Shown one piece after another: positions 9,628 to 18,788 of a DNA stretch of 64,000 bases. Source of the stretch: Candidatus Multivoradales bacterium (lineage in GTDB: Bacteria > Acidobacteriota > Thermoanaerobaculia > Multivoradales > J023); contig CBDFLE010000006.1 of the NCBI GenBank assembly GCA_965248925.1, forward strand, positions 4,160,001 to 4,224,000, written 5' to 3'. The notes beneath the pieces are model-generated. The model was not told the origin of the DNA. It did no database searches and worked only from the letters and a program-made list of their open reading frames with translations. A program made the position numbers and the translations under genes. The number at the start of each line of letters is the position of its first letter. The first letter of the stretch is position 1.

Positions 9628-10572
9628 ATGCCCAGGCTGCTGGCCATGTCCACCGATTCCGCTGAGCACCACCCAGTCCCACAACCCAAGCTGCGTTTAT
9701 CACCGCGGTTGATCGAACTTGCTGGCCAAGTGGAGCGCCGCCTGCCGCAGTTGATCCCTCCCGCCGACCATCGGCCCGAGGCTGTGCACGGGGCGATGAG
9801 CTACGCTCTGACCGGCCGCGGCAAGCGGCTGCGACCGGTGCTCACCCTGGTGGTGGCCGAGATCTTTGGCCGACCGAGCCCGGTGATTCTCGATCTGGCC
9901 TGCACCATCGAGATGATTCATGCCTGCTCATTGGTGCTCGACGACCTGCCGATGATGGACGACGCCGAGCTGCGTCGTGGTCGGCCCAGCACCCATCTGG
10001 TGTATGGCCAAGACATCGCCACCTTGGCGGCCTTTGCTTTGCTCAATCGGGTGTTCGAGGTGGTCGCCGAAGGTAGCCATCGGCTGCGGATGAAACGCTA
10101 CGCGCCGGAGGATTTGATTCACCTGCTGACCGACGCCATTGGCAGCCGCGGTCTGATCGGCGGTCAAGCCCTCGATCTGGAGCGCCGCCTGGATCTCGAC
10201 CTCGAGCGGCTGGAGTACATCCACTCGCACAAGACCGGCGCGCTGTTTACCGCCGCCGCTGAGTTGGGGGCGATGGCTGCCGACGCCCGGCGGCGCGAGC
10301 TGGCGGCGGTCACTCGCTATGCCAAGAACCTGGGCCTCTCGTTCCAGATCACCGACGATCTGCTAGACGTCACCGCGAGCAGTAGCGAAACCGGTAAGGA
10401 CAGCAATCAGGATCGAGACAAGATGACCTTCGTCAAGCTGCTCGGCACCGCTGGCGCCAGCGCCTTGGCTAGCGAGTTGATCGATTTCGCGATCGACTCC
10501 TTGGCGCCTCTCGGTCGCCGCGCCGACCCGCTGCGCGAACTCGCCGAGGCGGTAGGCGGACGGAGCGTCTAG
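9628..10572 (+). CDS. ispA: Polyprenyl (farnesyl/geranylgeranyl) diphosphate synthase
   Basis: GKRLRP, SLVLDDLPMMDDAELRRG (FARM), GGQALD, HKTGALF, FQITDDLLD (SARM). Confidence 0.88.
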   Translation: MPRLLAMSTDSAEHHPVPQPKLRLSPRLIELAGQVERRLPQLIPPADHRPEAVHGAMSYALTGRGKRLRPVLTLVVAEIFGRPSPVILDLACTIEMIHACSLVLDDLPMMDDAELRRGRPSTHLVYGQDIATLAAFALLNRVFEVVAEGSHRLRMKRYAPEDLIHLLTDAIGSRGLIGGQALDLERRLDLDLERLEYIHSHKTGALFTAAAELGAMAADARRRELAAVTRYAKNLGLSFQITDDLLDVTASSSETGKDSNQDRDKMTFVKLLGTAGASALASELIDFAIDSLAPLGRRADPLRELAEAVGGRSV

Positions 10573-12407
10573 TGGGCTCGCAGGACAATCTCGACCAGGT
10601 GCGCTTGGAGCTGCGGCGGATGGGCTACCTCGACCACAGTGTCGAGCGCCTGCTCTTGCAAGATGCCCTCAAGCCGGCCGGCTCGGTGCGTACCTGGCTG
10701 GCCCTGGCGGGTCGTGTGGGTCTGATCGGCGGTGGCTTGGCGGCGTTGTTTTCTACCTTGGTGCTGGCGGCTTGGAATGGTCATCTATCGAGCAGCCCTT
10801 TCGATCTGCTGCCGCTCTTTCTGCATCTGGCACCGCCGATGGTGCTGGGGCTGGCCTTGGTTTTCTTGGGCTTGGCGGCGCTGCTGATCGTTGTGTTGCG
10901 GCTGTCGCATTGGCGCCGGATCGGTACCTTGAGCACGACGGTGGCGGCGCTGGCGGTGGCCACGCTCTCTGCCGCCGGCTTGTGGCAAGGGCAAGATTTG
11001 TGGGGCTCGGCGGCGGCCTGGCAGCTGGGATTGCTGGTGCTGGCGTTGCCAATGGTGGCTTATGGACTGTTTCAAGTCATCCATGGTGGCCTGCTAGCGT
11101 TGTCGGTGCGGATGACCGAGCGGGCTCCGAGCCGGCCCAGTTCGCCCCATGGGTGGATCGCCCTGGTGCTCTTGTTGCTCACTCTGCTGACCCTGCTTCC
11201 GGCGATTTTGGATCTTGGAACAGGCCTGGATCCGCTCCCTTCGAGTTTGCCGATGCTGCCCCTCGAACGAGTCTTGCTGATCGGGGTGGATGGTGTCTTG
11301 CCGGGTGAACTCGACTACCTGTTGGCCAGTGGCGAGCTGCCGGAGATTGAGCGACGGCTGGATCACGGCGGGGTGCTGTTGTCCTATCCCCGGCCCGAGG
11401 GGCCGCCGGCCGCCTTCTGGACCACCGTCGGCACCGGTTTACCGGCAGCCGGGCATGGTTTGGTGTCCTTGGATAGCTTCCGTCCGGCCGGTCTCAGCCG
11501 GCCTCTGTATCGCAGCGGTTGGCTGCGGCCCTGGTGGGCCCTGGTGGCCGAGCCGCTGGGGTTGGCGGAGTATCGCGCGGTGCTGTCGCAGAGCCGTCGT
11601 GGCTGGGCCTTTTGGGAGTTGGCGGCGAGTGGCGAAGCGCCGGCCGTCGTGGTCAATTGGTGGGGGACCTTTCCGGCTGAGCCACTCGCTGGCTTAGTGG
11701 TGGCTCATGGTGCTTATCAGATGCTCGGCGATGCTACCGCTGGCGCGGTCGAGCCGGCAATGGCAGAGGCCGGCCTACGCCAGTTGCGCGACGACCTCGA
11801 GTTGGAGGCTTCCGCGCCACGTCTCGCCGCCGCCCTGCCAGGGCTGCGAGCAGCGTTGCCTAAGTCGTCCTACGCTGAGCTGGTCGCAGCGGCGCTAAAG
11901 CCCGACGAGTTCTATCGCCGGGTCTTCGCCCGGGCTTTGTCTGCGGATCGGCCGCGGGCGGCTGCGCTTTACCTGCCGGCTCTCGACATTGCCGCCACCT
12001 TGACTGGAGCAGATGGGGTCGCACAGGCTGACCTGCTGCGTTGGCAGCTCGAAGCTGTGGATCGCCTGGTCGCCGAGGCTGGCGACATCGGGACGGTGGT
12101 CCTGGTTTTCGATCCTGGTCGCCGCGGTGTCGGTCGCGGTGGTGTCGATCAAGGCCGAGTGCTGCTGTGGCGGCGGGATGGCTGTGCCGCCGAGAATTTG
12201 CCGAGCATCGAACCAGAGGTGATCGCCGCCAGTCTGCTGCGTGCCCTGGGGCTGCCGCAGAGCCGCGAGCTGCCCGAGCCGCCAGCGCTATGCAACTGGC
12301 CCGCCGCCAGCCTGACCCTCGACACCTTCGGTCACCGTCGGGCTACGGATGCGGTGGAGCGGAGCGAGGAGTACCTCGAGAACCTGCGTTCGTTGGGTTA
12401 TTTGTAG
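10572..12407 (+). CDS. Membrane protein with alkaline-phosphatase/phosphodiesterase-superfamily domain
   Basis: N-terminal TM helices, LLIGVDG, FWTTVGTG, VVNWWGTFPAE, C-terminal LRSLGYL. Confidence 0.75.
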   Translation: MGSQDNLDQVRLELRRMGYLDHSVERLLLQDALKPAGSVRTWLALAGRVGLIGGGLAALFSTLVLAAWNGHLSSSPFDLLPLFLHLAPPMVLGLALVFLGLAALLIVVLRLSHWRRIGTLSTTVAALAVATLSAAGLWQGQDLWGSAAAWQLGLLVLALPMVAYGLFQVIHGGLLALSVRMTERAPSRPSSPHGWIALVLLLLTLLTLLPAILDLGTGLDPLPSSLPMLPLERVLLIGVDGVLPGELDYLLASGELPEIERRLDHGGVLLSYPRPEGPPAAFWTTVGTGLPAAGHGLVSLDSFRPAGLSRPLYRSGWLRPWWALVAEPLGLAEYRAVLSQSRRGWAFWELAASGEAPAVVVNWWGTFPAEPLAGLVVAHGAYQMLGDATAGAVEPAMAEAGLRQLRDDLELEASAPRLAAALPGLRAALPKSSYAELVAAALKPDEFYRRVFARALSADRPRAAALYLPALDIAATLTGADGVAQADLLRWQLEAVDRLVAEAGDIGTVVLVFDPGRRGVGRGGVDQGRVLLWRRDGCAAENLPSIEPEVIAASLLRALGLPQSRELPEPPALCNWPAASLTLDTFGHRRATDAVERSEEYLENLRSLGYL

Positions 12408-12437
12408 AAGCTCCATGGCATGGCCATCGGGGGGTGG

Positions 12438-12860
12438 TTAGACGGTGAGGGGGTTGATGACCTCGACCGGTCCATATTTCTGGCTGCTCGACAAGTCCTC
12501 GGAATAGAGGACTTTGGCTCCGCATTGCTGTGCAGCTTGGACGATGAGCGCATCCCAAAAGGAAATGGCGTAGCGAGCCTCGACGTCGAGCGCTCGGAGT
12601 ATTGAACTTCCATCGTTCACCACCACCTGCCAGGTCAGGTAGTCTCCGATCACTTCTCGTGACTCTGTCAGGGAGATCGGATTTGCTGCTTTACGCCGAA
12701 TATTGACGTAGAGTTCTTGCAACACCTGGGTGCTGATTGCCCCTGTGCGGTCGAGCCAGAGGCGGCCGACGAGCGCGCTGGCCCGGTCGTGTTTCTCCCC
12801 GGAGCCACGATCGTGGGCGTAAACCAGAATGTTGGTGTCGACGAAGAGCTTATCGCTCAT
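12438..12860 (-). CDS. PIN-domain toxin (VapC-like)
   Basis: FVDTNILVYA, STQVLQE, SFWDALI, LYSED. Confidence 0.92.
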   Translation of the reverse strand: MSDKLFVDTNILVYAHDRGSGEKHDRASALVGRLWLDRTGAISTQVLQELYVNIRRKAANPISLTESREVIGDYLTWQVVVNDGSSILRALDVEARYAISFWDALIVQAAQQCGAKVLYSEDLSSSQKYGPVEVINPLTV

Positions 12861-13086
12861 GAAGTTCGGCGCGTGAGGAAGGACGGGTCCAGTGGAGATC
12901 GAAACCGCGCTCCAGGCGCTGGATCGAGCGTGCCTGTGCCGATTCGTACTGCCAGTCGGCGTGAATCAGCGCCTCGAGGTTCTTGCTCATCATTCGGCTG
13001 ACCGAGGTGCCTCGCCGAGCAGCCAGGATCTTCGCCTCGCGGACGAGATTGGAATCCAGGCTCAGTGTGATGTTGGTCGTTCTCAT
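12850..13086 (-). CDS. Antitoxin (ribbon-helix-helix/CopG-like) of the PIN toxin
   Basis: NITLSLD...AKILAARRGTSVS; overlaps toxin start; GGAGG RBS. Confidence 0.85.
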   Translation of the reverse strand: MRTTNITLSLDSNLVREAKILAARRGTSVSRMMSKNLEALIHADWQYESAQARSIQRLERGFDLHWTRPSSRAELHER

Positions 13087-13236
13087 CTGATGCCTCCACG
13101 CAAAGAGTGTAGCACGGTTTTCGTGGATAGGTTGCTGGCGTCAGGAAGTGGGCTAGCTGGATGATCGAGAGGGATCTCCAGCTCCGTTTGCATGACTTGG
13201 CGACCTGCCGGCGGTGCAAATGGGGCTGAGAGAAGC

Positions 13237-13265
13237 TTGACATGTGAACCACATACAACTAGCGT
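13237..13265 (+). promoter_or_regulatory. Sigma70-type promoter with overlapping palindromic operator; probable leaderless mRNA
   Basis: TTGACA(13237)-17 nt-TAGCGT(13260). Palindrome ATGTG-AAC-CACAT at 13242-13254. ATG 13272 follows the -10 after 6 nt with no RBS. Confidence 0.6.
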
Positions 13266-13271
13266 TTAGGC

Positions 13272-13502
13272 ATGTCGGTGATGATCCAAATCCGCAATGT
13301 TCCAGACCCACTGCACCGCATTCTCAAAGCTCGTGCCGCCCTCGAAGGCAGGTCGCTCTCTTCCTATTTGCTGGCCGAGATCGAGCGCAGCGCCGAGCGC
13401 CCGACGACGCGCGAGCTGCGCCAGCGCCTACACCAGCGCCAACCGGTGCGTCCTAGCATCCCTCCGGCCAGTATGGTGCGTGCCGAGCGCCAATCGCGAT
13501 GA
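13272..13502 (+). CDS. FitA-like ribbon-helix-helix antitoxin
   Basis: IQIRNVPDPLHRILKARAALEGRSLS. Confidence 0.9.
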   Translation: MSVMIQIRNVPDPLHRILKARAALEGRSLSSYLLAEIERSAERPTTRELRQRLHQRQPVRPSIPPASMVRAERQSR

Positions 13503-13897
13503 TCGTCGTCGACGCTTCGGCCATGCTGGAGGTGCTCCTACTCACTCCAGCCGCCAGCGAGATCGAAGATCGCTGCTTCGCCCCTGGCGAGACTCTTCAC
13601 GCCCCGCATCTCATCGATCTTGAGATCACTCAGGTACTTCGGCGCTACTGCGCCATCGGCGACTTGGCTCCGCTGCGCGCTCAGGAGGCGATGGACGATT
13701 TGGCCTTCTTCGGTCTCAGCCGTTACCCGCACGATGTCTTCTTGCCGCGAATCTGGCAGCTACGACACAATGTAACCGCCTATGACGCGGCTTACCTCGC
13801 CCTCGCCGAAGAGCTAGCCGCACCATTGCTGACTTGCGACCAGCGACTGGCCGCGGCTCCTGGGCACCACGCTGTGGTCGAGGTCTGTGGCAGCTGA
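13499..13897 (+). CDS. vapC: VapC-family PIN toxin
   Basis: MIVVDASA, APHLIDLE, TAYDAAYLALAE, LLTCD; ATGA overlap with antitoxin. Confidence 0.92.
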   Translation: MIVVDASAMLEVLLLTPAASEIEDRCFAPGETLHAPHLIDLEITQVLRRYCAIGDLAPLRAQEAMDDLAFFGLSRYPHDVFLPRIWQLRHNVTAYDAAYLALAEELAAPLLTCDQRLAAAPGHHAVVEVCGS

Positions 13898-14095
13898 GGG
13901 CCGTCTGCCACGAGCGACGGTGCGACTGCCCGAAGGTCGAGGGCTTGTCGTCTGAGGCAAGGCGCTGTTTGCTATGATGCGCCGCGGCGGCGCGATTTGG
14001 ACCCGAGAGTCGCGTTGATCGTCCCTCTGGCTGAATCAACCCCGGACTGTGGGGCGTGCGGTTGGCAGATATTCTCGACGGAGATCCCCCTGATC

Positions 14096-16261
14096 ATGGA
14101 TAGTTCACAGATTCGTACTCGCAACTGGCTCGTCCTGTGTTTTCTGGTCGCCGGGGCGTGGGCCCTGCCGCTGTTGGCGGCGGAGCCGGCACCGGTGGTC
14201 ATCCTGGGCTTTGATGGAGTCGACGCCAAGCTCACCGAGCGGTGGATGGACGAAGGCCAGCTGCCCAACCTGGCCAAATTACGCGACCAAGGCACTTTCA
14301 GCCCGCTGCGCTCGACGGTGCCGTCGCAGACGCCGGTGTCGTGGTCGACTTTCTCGACTGGACTCGATCCGGGCCGGCATTCGATTTTCGATTTCCTCAA
14401 GCGCGATCCCGAGACTTATGTGCCGGGTTTCGCCGCCTTCGATCAGGGTAAGGAGCCGTTCTTGTGGGGCGAGCGCACGCCGCTGATCCTCGGCTTGGGT
14501 TGCGCCGTGGTCTTGTTGCTGCTGGTTTTCGCGCTGCTCAAGCTTTTGCGCCGTTCGACCCGGCTGGCGCTGGCCGCCGCCTTGGTGTTGGCGATCACCG
14601 GGGGGGTGGTTTCTAACGTCGCCGCGGCGCGCTATCTGCCCAAGGAGCAGCCGATCGCGATCAATCGTCAGCAGGGCGACACCTTCTGGGAGGTACTCGG
14701 TGCCGCTGGCAAAAAGGTCAAAGTGGTGCGGGTGCCGGTGACCTTCCCGCCGACTCCCTTTGAGCATGGCGAGCTGCTCACCGGTCTCGGCACCCCGGAT
14801 ATGTCGCTGCGTATTGGCAAGCCGTTCTACTTCACCTCGGAGCTGTTTTTTCAGCCCAAGGGGGGCGGTGATTTTTCGATCGAGGTGGTCGAGCTGATCG
14901 ACAACAGGGGGGAAATACCCACCGAGATCAAGGGGCCGCCGAACGAACTTTTCCCCGACCTGGAACGCTACATCAAGATTCCGATGACTTTGACCGTCGC
15001 CGAGGACCGCTCCAAGTTGTCGATCGAGCTGCCGGACAGCTCCCTCGACCTGCGCCCCGGCGAGTGGAGCGATTGGCAGCACTTTACCTTCCCCTTCAAT
15101 CCACTGGTCAAGCTGTACGGCATTGGTCGTTTCCGTCTGCTGTCGATCGATCCAGAGGTACGGCTTTATCTGTCGCCGATCAACTTCGATCCCGAGAGGC
15201 TGCCGCCCAATCTGCAGATCACCACGCCGAAGAAATTTGTCGACCGGCTGACCTCGCGCTTTGGTCTGTTCAAGACCATGGGCTGGTCGGTCGATACCTG
15301 GTCGATGAACGAAGGCACTCTCGACGAGGCCGCATTCTTAGAAGATATCGACTTCACCGTCGACAAATACCAGGAGATCCTGAACGGCCACCTCGACGAT
15401 GCCGATTGGGACCTGATGGTGCACTACTTCGAGTTCCCCGACCGAGTGCAGCACATGATGTGGCGCTTCTTCGACGAGCAACATCCCCTTTACGACGCCG
15501 AGGAGGCCGCCAAATGGGGGGGGTCGATCCTGGAGTCGTATCAGCGGATGGATGAGATCGTCGGTGAGACCCTCAGCCGGATGCCCGAGAACGCCATGCT
15601 GATGGTGGTCTCGGACCACGGTTTTGCCTCCTTCCGCCGCGGTATGAACTACAACACCTGGCTGGCCAAGAATGGCTACATGACCCTGACTGGCGAGGAT
15701 GCGGACCGCAAGAACCTCGAGGACCTGTTCGACAAAGGCGATTTCTTTGTCAATGTCGACTGGTCCCAGACCCGCGCCTACGCCCTTGGCCTGGGGCAGA
15801 TCTACATCAATCTGAAGGGGCGCGAGGGCCAAGGTGTGGTCGAGCCCGGGGCCGAGTACGAGGCTTTGGTGGTGGAACTCAAGGCCGGGCTAGAAGCGTT
15901 TGTCGATGAGCAGACGGGCGAGCATCCGGTGGCCTATGTGTGGACTCGCGACGAGATCTACGGCCAGTACGATCCGCAGCTGATCCCTGATCTAATCCCC
16001 TCGAACGCGGCCGGCTACCGGGTCGGCTGGCAGGATGCCCTGGGTGGCATCGGCAAGGCGATTGTCGAGGAAAACGAGAGCATCTGGAGCGGCGACCACT
16101 GCTCGGTCTACCCACCGTTGGTCAACGGCATTTTATTCAGCAACTCGCCGTTGGTCGGCGAGGCACCCTACATGGCCGACATCATGCCGACCTTGCTGCA
16201 GCACTTTGGCGTGACCTCGGCGACCGAGTTCGACGGCAGCAGCCTCTTGCCGGGAAGCTAG
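14096..16261 (+). CDS. Type I phosphodiesterase/nucleotide pyrophosphatase (AlkP superfamily) membrane protein
   Basis: Signal peptide, GFDG, QTPVSWSTFSTG, VSDHGF, WSGDH. Confidence 0.85.
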   Translation: MDSSQIRTRNWLVLCFLVAGAWALPLLAAEPAPVVILGFDGVDAKLTERWMDEGQLPNLAKLRDQGTFSPLRSTVPSQTPVSWSTFSTGLDPGRHSIFDFLKRDPETYVPGFAAFDQGKEPFLWGERTPLILGLGCAVVLLLLVFALLKLLRRSTRLALAAALVLAITGGVVSNVAAARYLPKEQPIAINRQQGDTFWEVLGAAGKKVKVVRVPVTFPPTPFEHGELLTGLGTPDMSLRIGKPFYFTSELFFQPKGGGDFSIEVVELIDNRGEIPTEIKGPPNELFPDLERYIKIPMTLTVAEDRSKLSIELPDSSLDLRPGEWSDWQHFTFPFNPLVKLYGIGRFRLLSIDPEVRLYLSPINFDPERLPPNLQITTPKKFVDRLTSRFGLFKTMGWSVDTWSMNEGTLDEAAFLEDIDFTVDKYQEILNGHLDDADWDLMVHYFEFPDRVQHMMWRFFDEQHPLYDAEEAAKWGGSILESYQRMDEIVGETLSRMPENAMLMVVSDHGFASFRRGMNYNTWLAKNGYMTLTGEDADRKNLEDLFDKGDFFVNVDWSQTRAYALGLGQIYINLKGREGQGVVEPGAEYEALVVELKAGLEAFVDEQTGEHPVAYVWTRDEIYGQYDPQLIPDLIPSNAAGYRVGWQDALGGIGKAIVEENESIWSGDHCSVYPPLVNGILFSNSPLVGEAPYMADIMPTLLQHFGVTSATEFDGSSLLPGS

Positions 16262-16267
16262 GCCGGG

Positions 16268-17443
16268 TTGCGGCGCCGGGTTGGCAGCGGGTGGGTGGCC
16301 GCCAGCAGAGCGGTGGCGATGCTGCTGGCCCTTCTCTGGGTCACTCAACTGCTGCTCGCCCAGCCGGCTGGCACTGATCACCGCGGTGCTGAGGAAGACG
16401 CCAGTCGTGAGGTCGAACTGGCTCGCTTGCGCCAGGAAATTGCCCGCCTCGACATTCGAGTGCGGGCGATGCGGCAGCGGGAACAAGGTCTCGATTCCAC
16501 CGTCCGGCGGGTGGCCGCCGAACTCGAACTGCAACAACGACAGCTAGAAGAAGCTAGCGCCGCCTTGGCTTTGGTGGCTCAGCGCGCCGCCACCACCCAT
16601 CAGCGAGTGCAGTTGCTCGAGGGCGATGTGCTCTCTCTGCGGGACGATTTGCGCCGCCGTTTGGTGGGCCTCTACAAGCTTGGCCACCAGGGGTATTTGC
16701 GCCTCTTTTTGTCGGTCGGGCCGAGCGAGGATCTCTTGCCGGCGATTCGTCAGCTGCGCTTCATGGCCTTTCGTGATCGCCAAGTGCTCAGTCTTTACAG
16801 CGAGACCCGAGACCGTCTGGCCGCCGAGCGCGAGCGCTTGCGGGCCGAGGTGGCCGAAGCTGAGGGATGGCGGGATCAGGAGCAGCAACGCCGCGATCAG
16901 TTGGCCGATATGCGCCGCCAGCACCAGCGGCTGCTGCGCCGGGTGGAGCGCGAACGCCGACAGTTGGAAGCCGAAAGCAGTGAACTCAACGACCGAGCGC
17001 TGAAGTTAGCGAAGTTCATCGAGGTGCTGGTCAGCGGCAATGGTGCCGCCCTTGCCGGGGCGCCGATCGACGGCTATCGTGGGGTGCTCGACTGGCCGGT
17101 TCGCGGCCAGGTCACTGGCGAGTTCGGCCCGCGGCTCGACCCCCGCTACGGCACCGAAGTGCCGCACAATGGGGTCGAGATCAGTACCGGTTTGGGTTCG
17201 CGGGTGCGGGCGGTATTTCCCGGCCGGGTGGTCTTCGCCGACCGTTTCGAGGGTTATGGACCGATGGTGGTGCTGCACCATCCGGAGCGCGTCTTCACCC
17301 TTTACGCTGGATTGGGCCAAGTGCTGGTGACAAAGGGCGATGTGGTATCATTAGGAGGTATGTTGGGGACTGCCACGGACCGACTTTATTTCGAGATTCG
17401 CAACGAGCAGACCCCCGAGGACCCTCGCCGGTGGTTGCGCTGA
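16268..17443 (+). CDS. envC: Murein hydrolase activator EnvC-like (coiled coil + degenerate M23); start uncertain
   Basis: Long coiled coil, LDWPVRG, HNGVEI, LYFEIR; upstream of S41 and divergent deacetylase genes. Confidence 0.8.
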   Translation: MRRRVGSGWVAASRAVAMLLALLWVTQLLLAQPAGTDHRGAEEDASREVELARLRQEIARLDIRVRAMRQREQGLDSTVRRVAAELELQQRQLEEASAALALVAQRAATTHQRVQLLEGDVLSLRDDLRRRLVGLYKLGHQGYLRLFLSVGPSEDLLPAIRQLRFMAFRDRQVLSLYSETRDRLAAERERLRAEVAEAEGWRDQEQQRRDQLADMRRQHQRLLRRVERERRQLEAESSELNDRALKLAKFIEVLVSGNGAALAGAPIDGYRGVLDWPVRGQVTGEFGPRLDPRYGTEVPHNGVEISTGLGSRVRAVFPGRVVFADRFEGYGPMVVLHHPERVFTLYAGLGQVLVTKGDVVSLGGMLGTATDRLYFEIRNEQTPEDPRRWLR

Positions 17444-17539
17444 CTCCCGCCTGACACCGTTCCTACCGCGAGATTTCTACCATGAGATTTCTGCTGTGAG
17501 GCATTCGTACCCACTCACCGTAAAGCAGGTGGATTGTTG

Positions 17540-18754
17540 ATGATAAGCCGAGGCCGGTTGATTTTCATTGCTTGTTCTCTGCTGACCGTGGTCACCCTGC
17601 TGGGCGGCACACTGTTGGCTTCGACTCCCCGCCATCGGGACGACGGTGCGGATTCGCTCTACAAGTACTTGTCGGTATTCACCGATGTGTTCGGCCTGGT
17701 GCGGCGCTCCTACGTCGACGAGACCGACCCCGAGGAGTTGATGGCGGGTGCTTACGAGGGTGCCACCGAGGCCCTCGGTCCCTTCGCTCTCTATGTTCCT
17801 CAAGGACAGCTCGAACGCTACCTGGCCGGGCGCGAGATCGGTGCCGGTCGCAGTGGTCTGTTGGTGCTCAAGGAACGGGGCATGGCCTATGTCATCAGTG
17901 TGGTCGAGGGCTCGCCGGCCGACACCGCCGGGCTTGAGGCGGGCGATCTGCTGGCCTCGCTCGATGGCCGCTCGACCCGCGATCTGCCCCTGTGGGAGAT
18001 CCATACTCTGCTCTCCGGCGAGATCGGTCGCGAGATCGGGATGGAGCGCATTCGCCTCGGCCAGAGCGAGGAGGTCAGCTTGACCCTGGCGGAGTACCCG
18101 TCGCCTGGAGTCGGCCTGCGAGCCGAGCAGGGAGTCGGGGTTTTGCAGATCCACCGCTTTGACGATTCGACCTTCGCGGATATCGATCTCAGCCTGCAGA
18201 CTCTGTTGGGCGCGGGCGACCAGCTGCCCGAGCTGACCGAGCGCGACCGGTTGCTGATCGATCTGCGCGGAGTTACGGGTGGCGACAGCGCCGTTGCCTA
18301 TCGCGTGGCGAGTCTTTTCGCCACCGGCGAGATCGGTGTCTTGAAGAATCGCCAAGAGACCTTCAAGACTTTCAACGGAGCCTTGCAGGCCCGCTGGCAA
18401 GGCCGCCTGGTGATGCTGACCAACCGCGGTACCCAGGGAGCCGCTGAAGTGTTCGCGGCGGTACTCAAGCAGGCTGCCGGGGCGCTGTTGGTGGGGGATC
18501 GCACTTTTGGCCACAGCGGGCGCTTGAGCTTGCGTCAGCTGTCCAGCGGTGGCCATCTGCAAATTACCGACGCCTTCTTCACCGGCCCCGACTTGGAGCC
18601 GTTGAGTTCCAGCCTGATGCCCGACCATCGGGTGCCGGTGTGGGTCGCTGCCGAGGAGGACGACGAAGACGGTTCGCCGGTCGACCCGGTGCTCGAACGT
18701 GGTCTTGAGGTGCTGCTCGAAGAGGAGCCGGAGGCCGTCGAGCAAGCCGCTTGA
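17540..18754 (+). CDS. S41 (CtpA-like) PDZ protein, catalytic residues apparently substituted
   Basis: YVDETD, PDZ (VVEGSPADTAGLEAGD), LIDLRG; TQGAAE and TFGHS where TASASE and TFGKG are expected. Confidence 0.8.
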   Translation: MISRGRLIFIACSLLTVVTLLGGTLLASTPRHRDDGADSLYKYLSVFTDVFGLVRRSYVDETDPEELMAGAYEGATEALGPFALYVPQGQLERYLAGREIGAGRSGLLVLKERGMAYVISVVEGSPADTAGLEAGDLLASLDGRSTRDLPLWEIHTLLSGEIGREIGMERIRLGQSEEVSLTLAEYPSPGVGLRAEQGVGVLQIHRFDDSTFADIDLSLQTLLGAGDQLPELTERDRLLIDLRGVTGGDSAVAYRVASLFATGEIGVLKNRQETFKTFNGALQARWQGRLVMLTNRGTQGAAEVFAAVLKQAAGALLVGDRTFGHSGRLSLRQLSSGGHLQITDAFFTGPDLEPLSSSLMPDHRVPVWVAAEEDDEDGSPVDPVLERGLEVLLEEEPEAVEQAA

Positions 18755-18788
18755 ACGGCACCTTTCCGGTGCCGGCTGATGTCCGACC

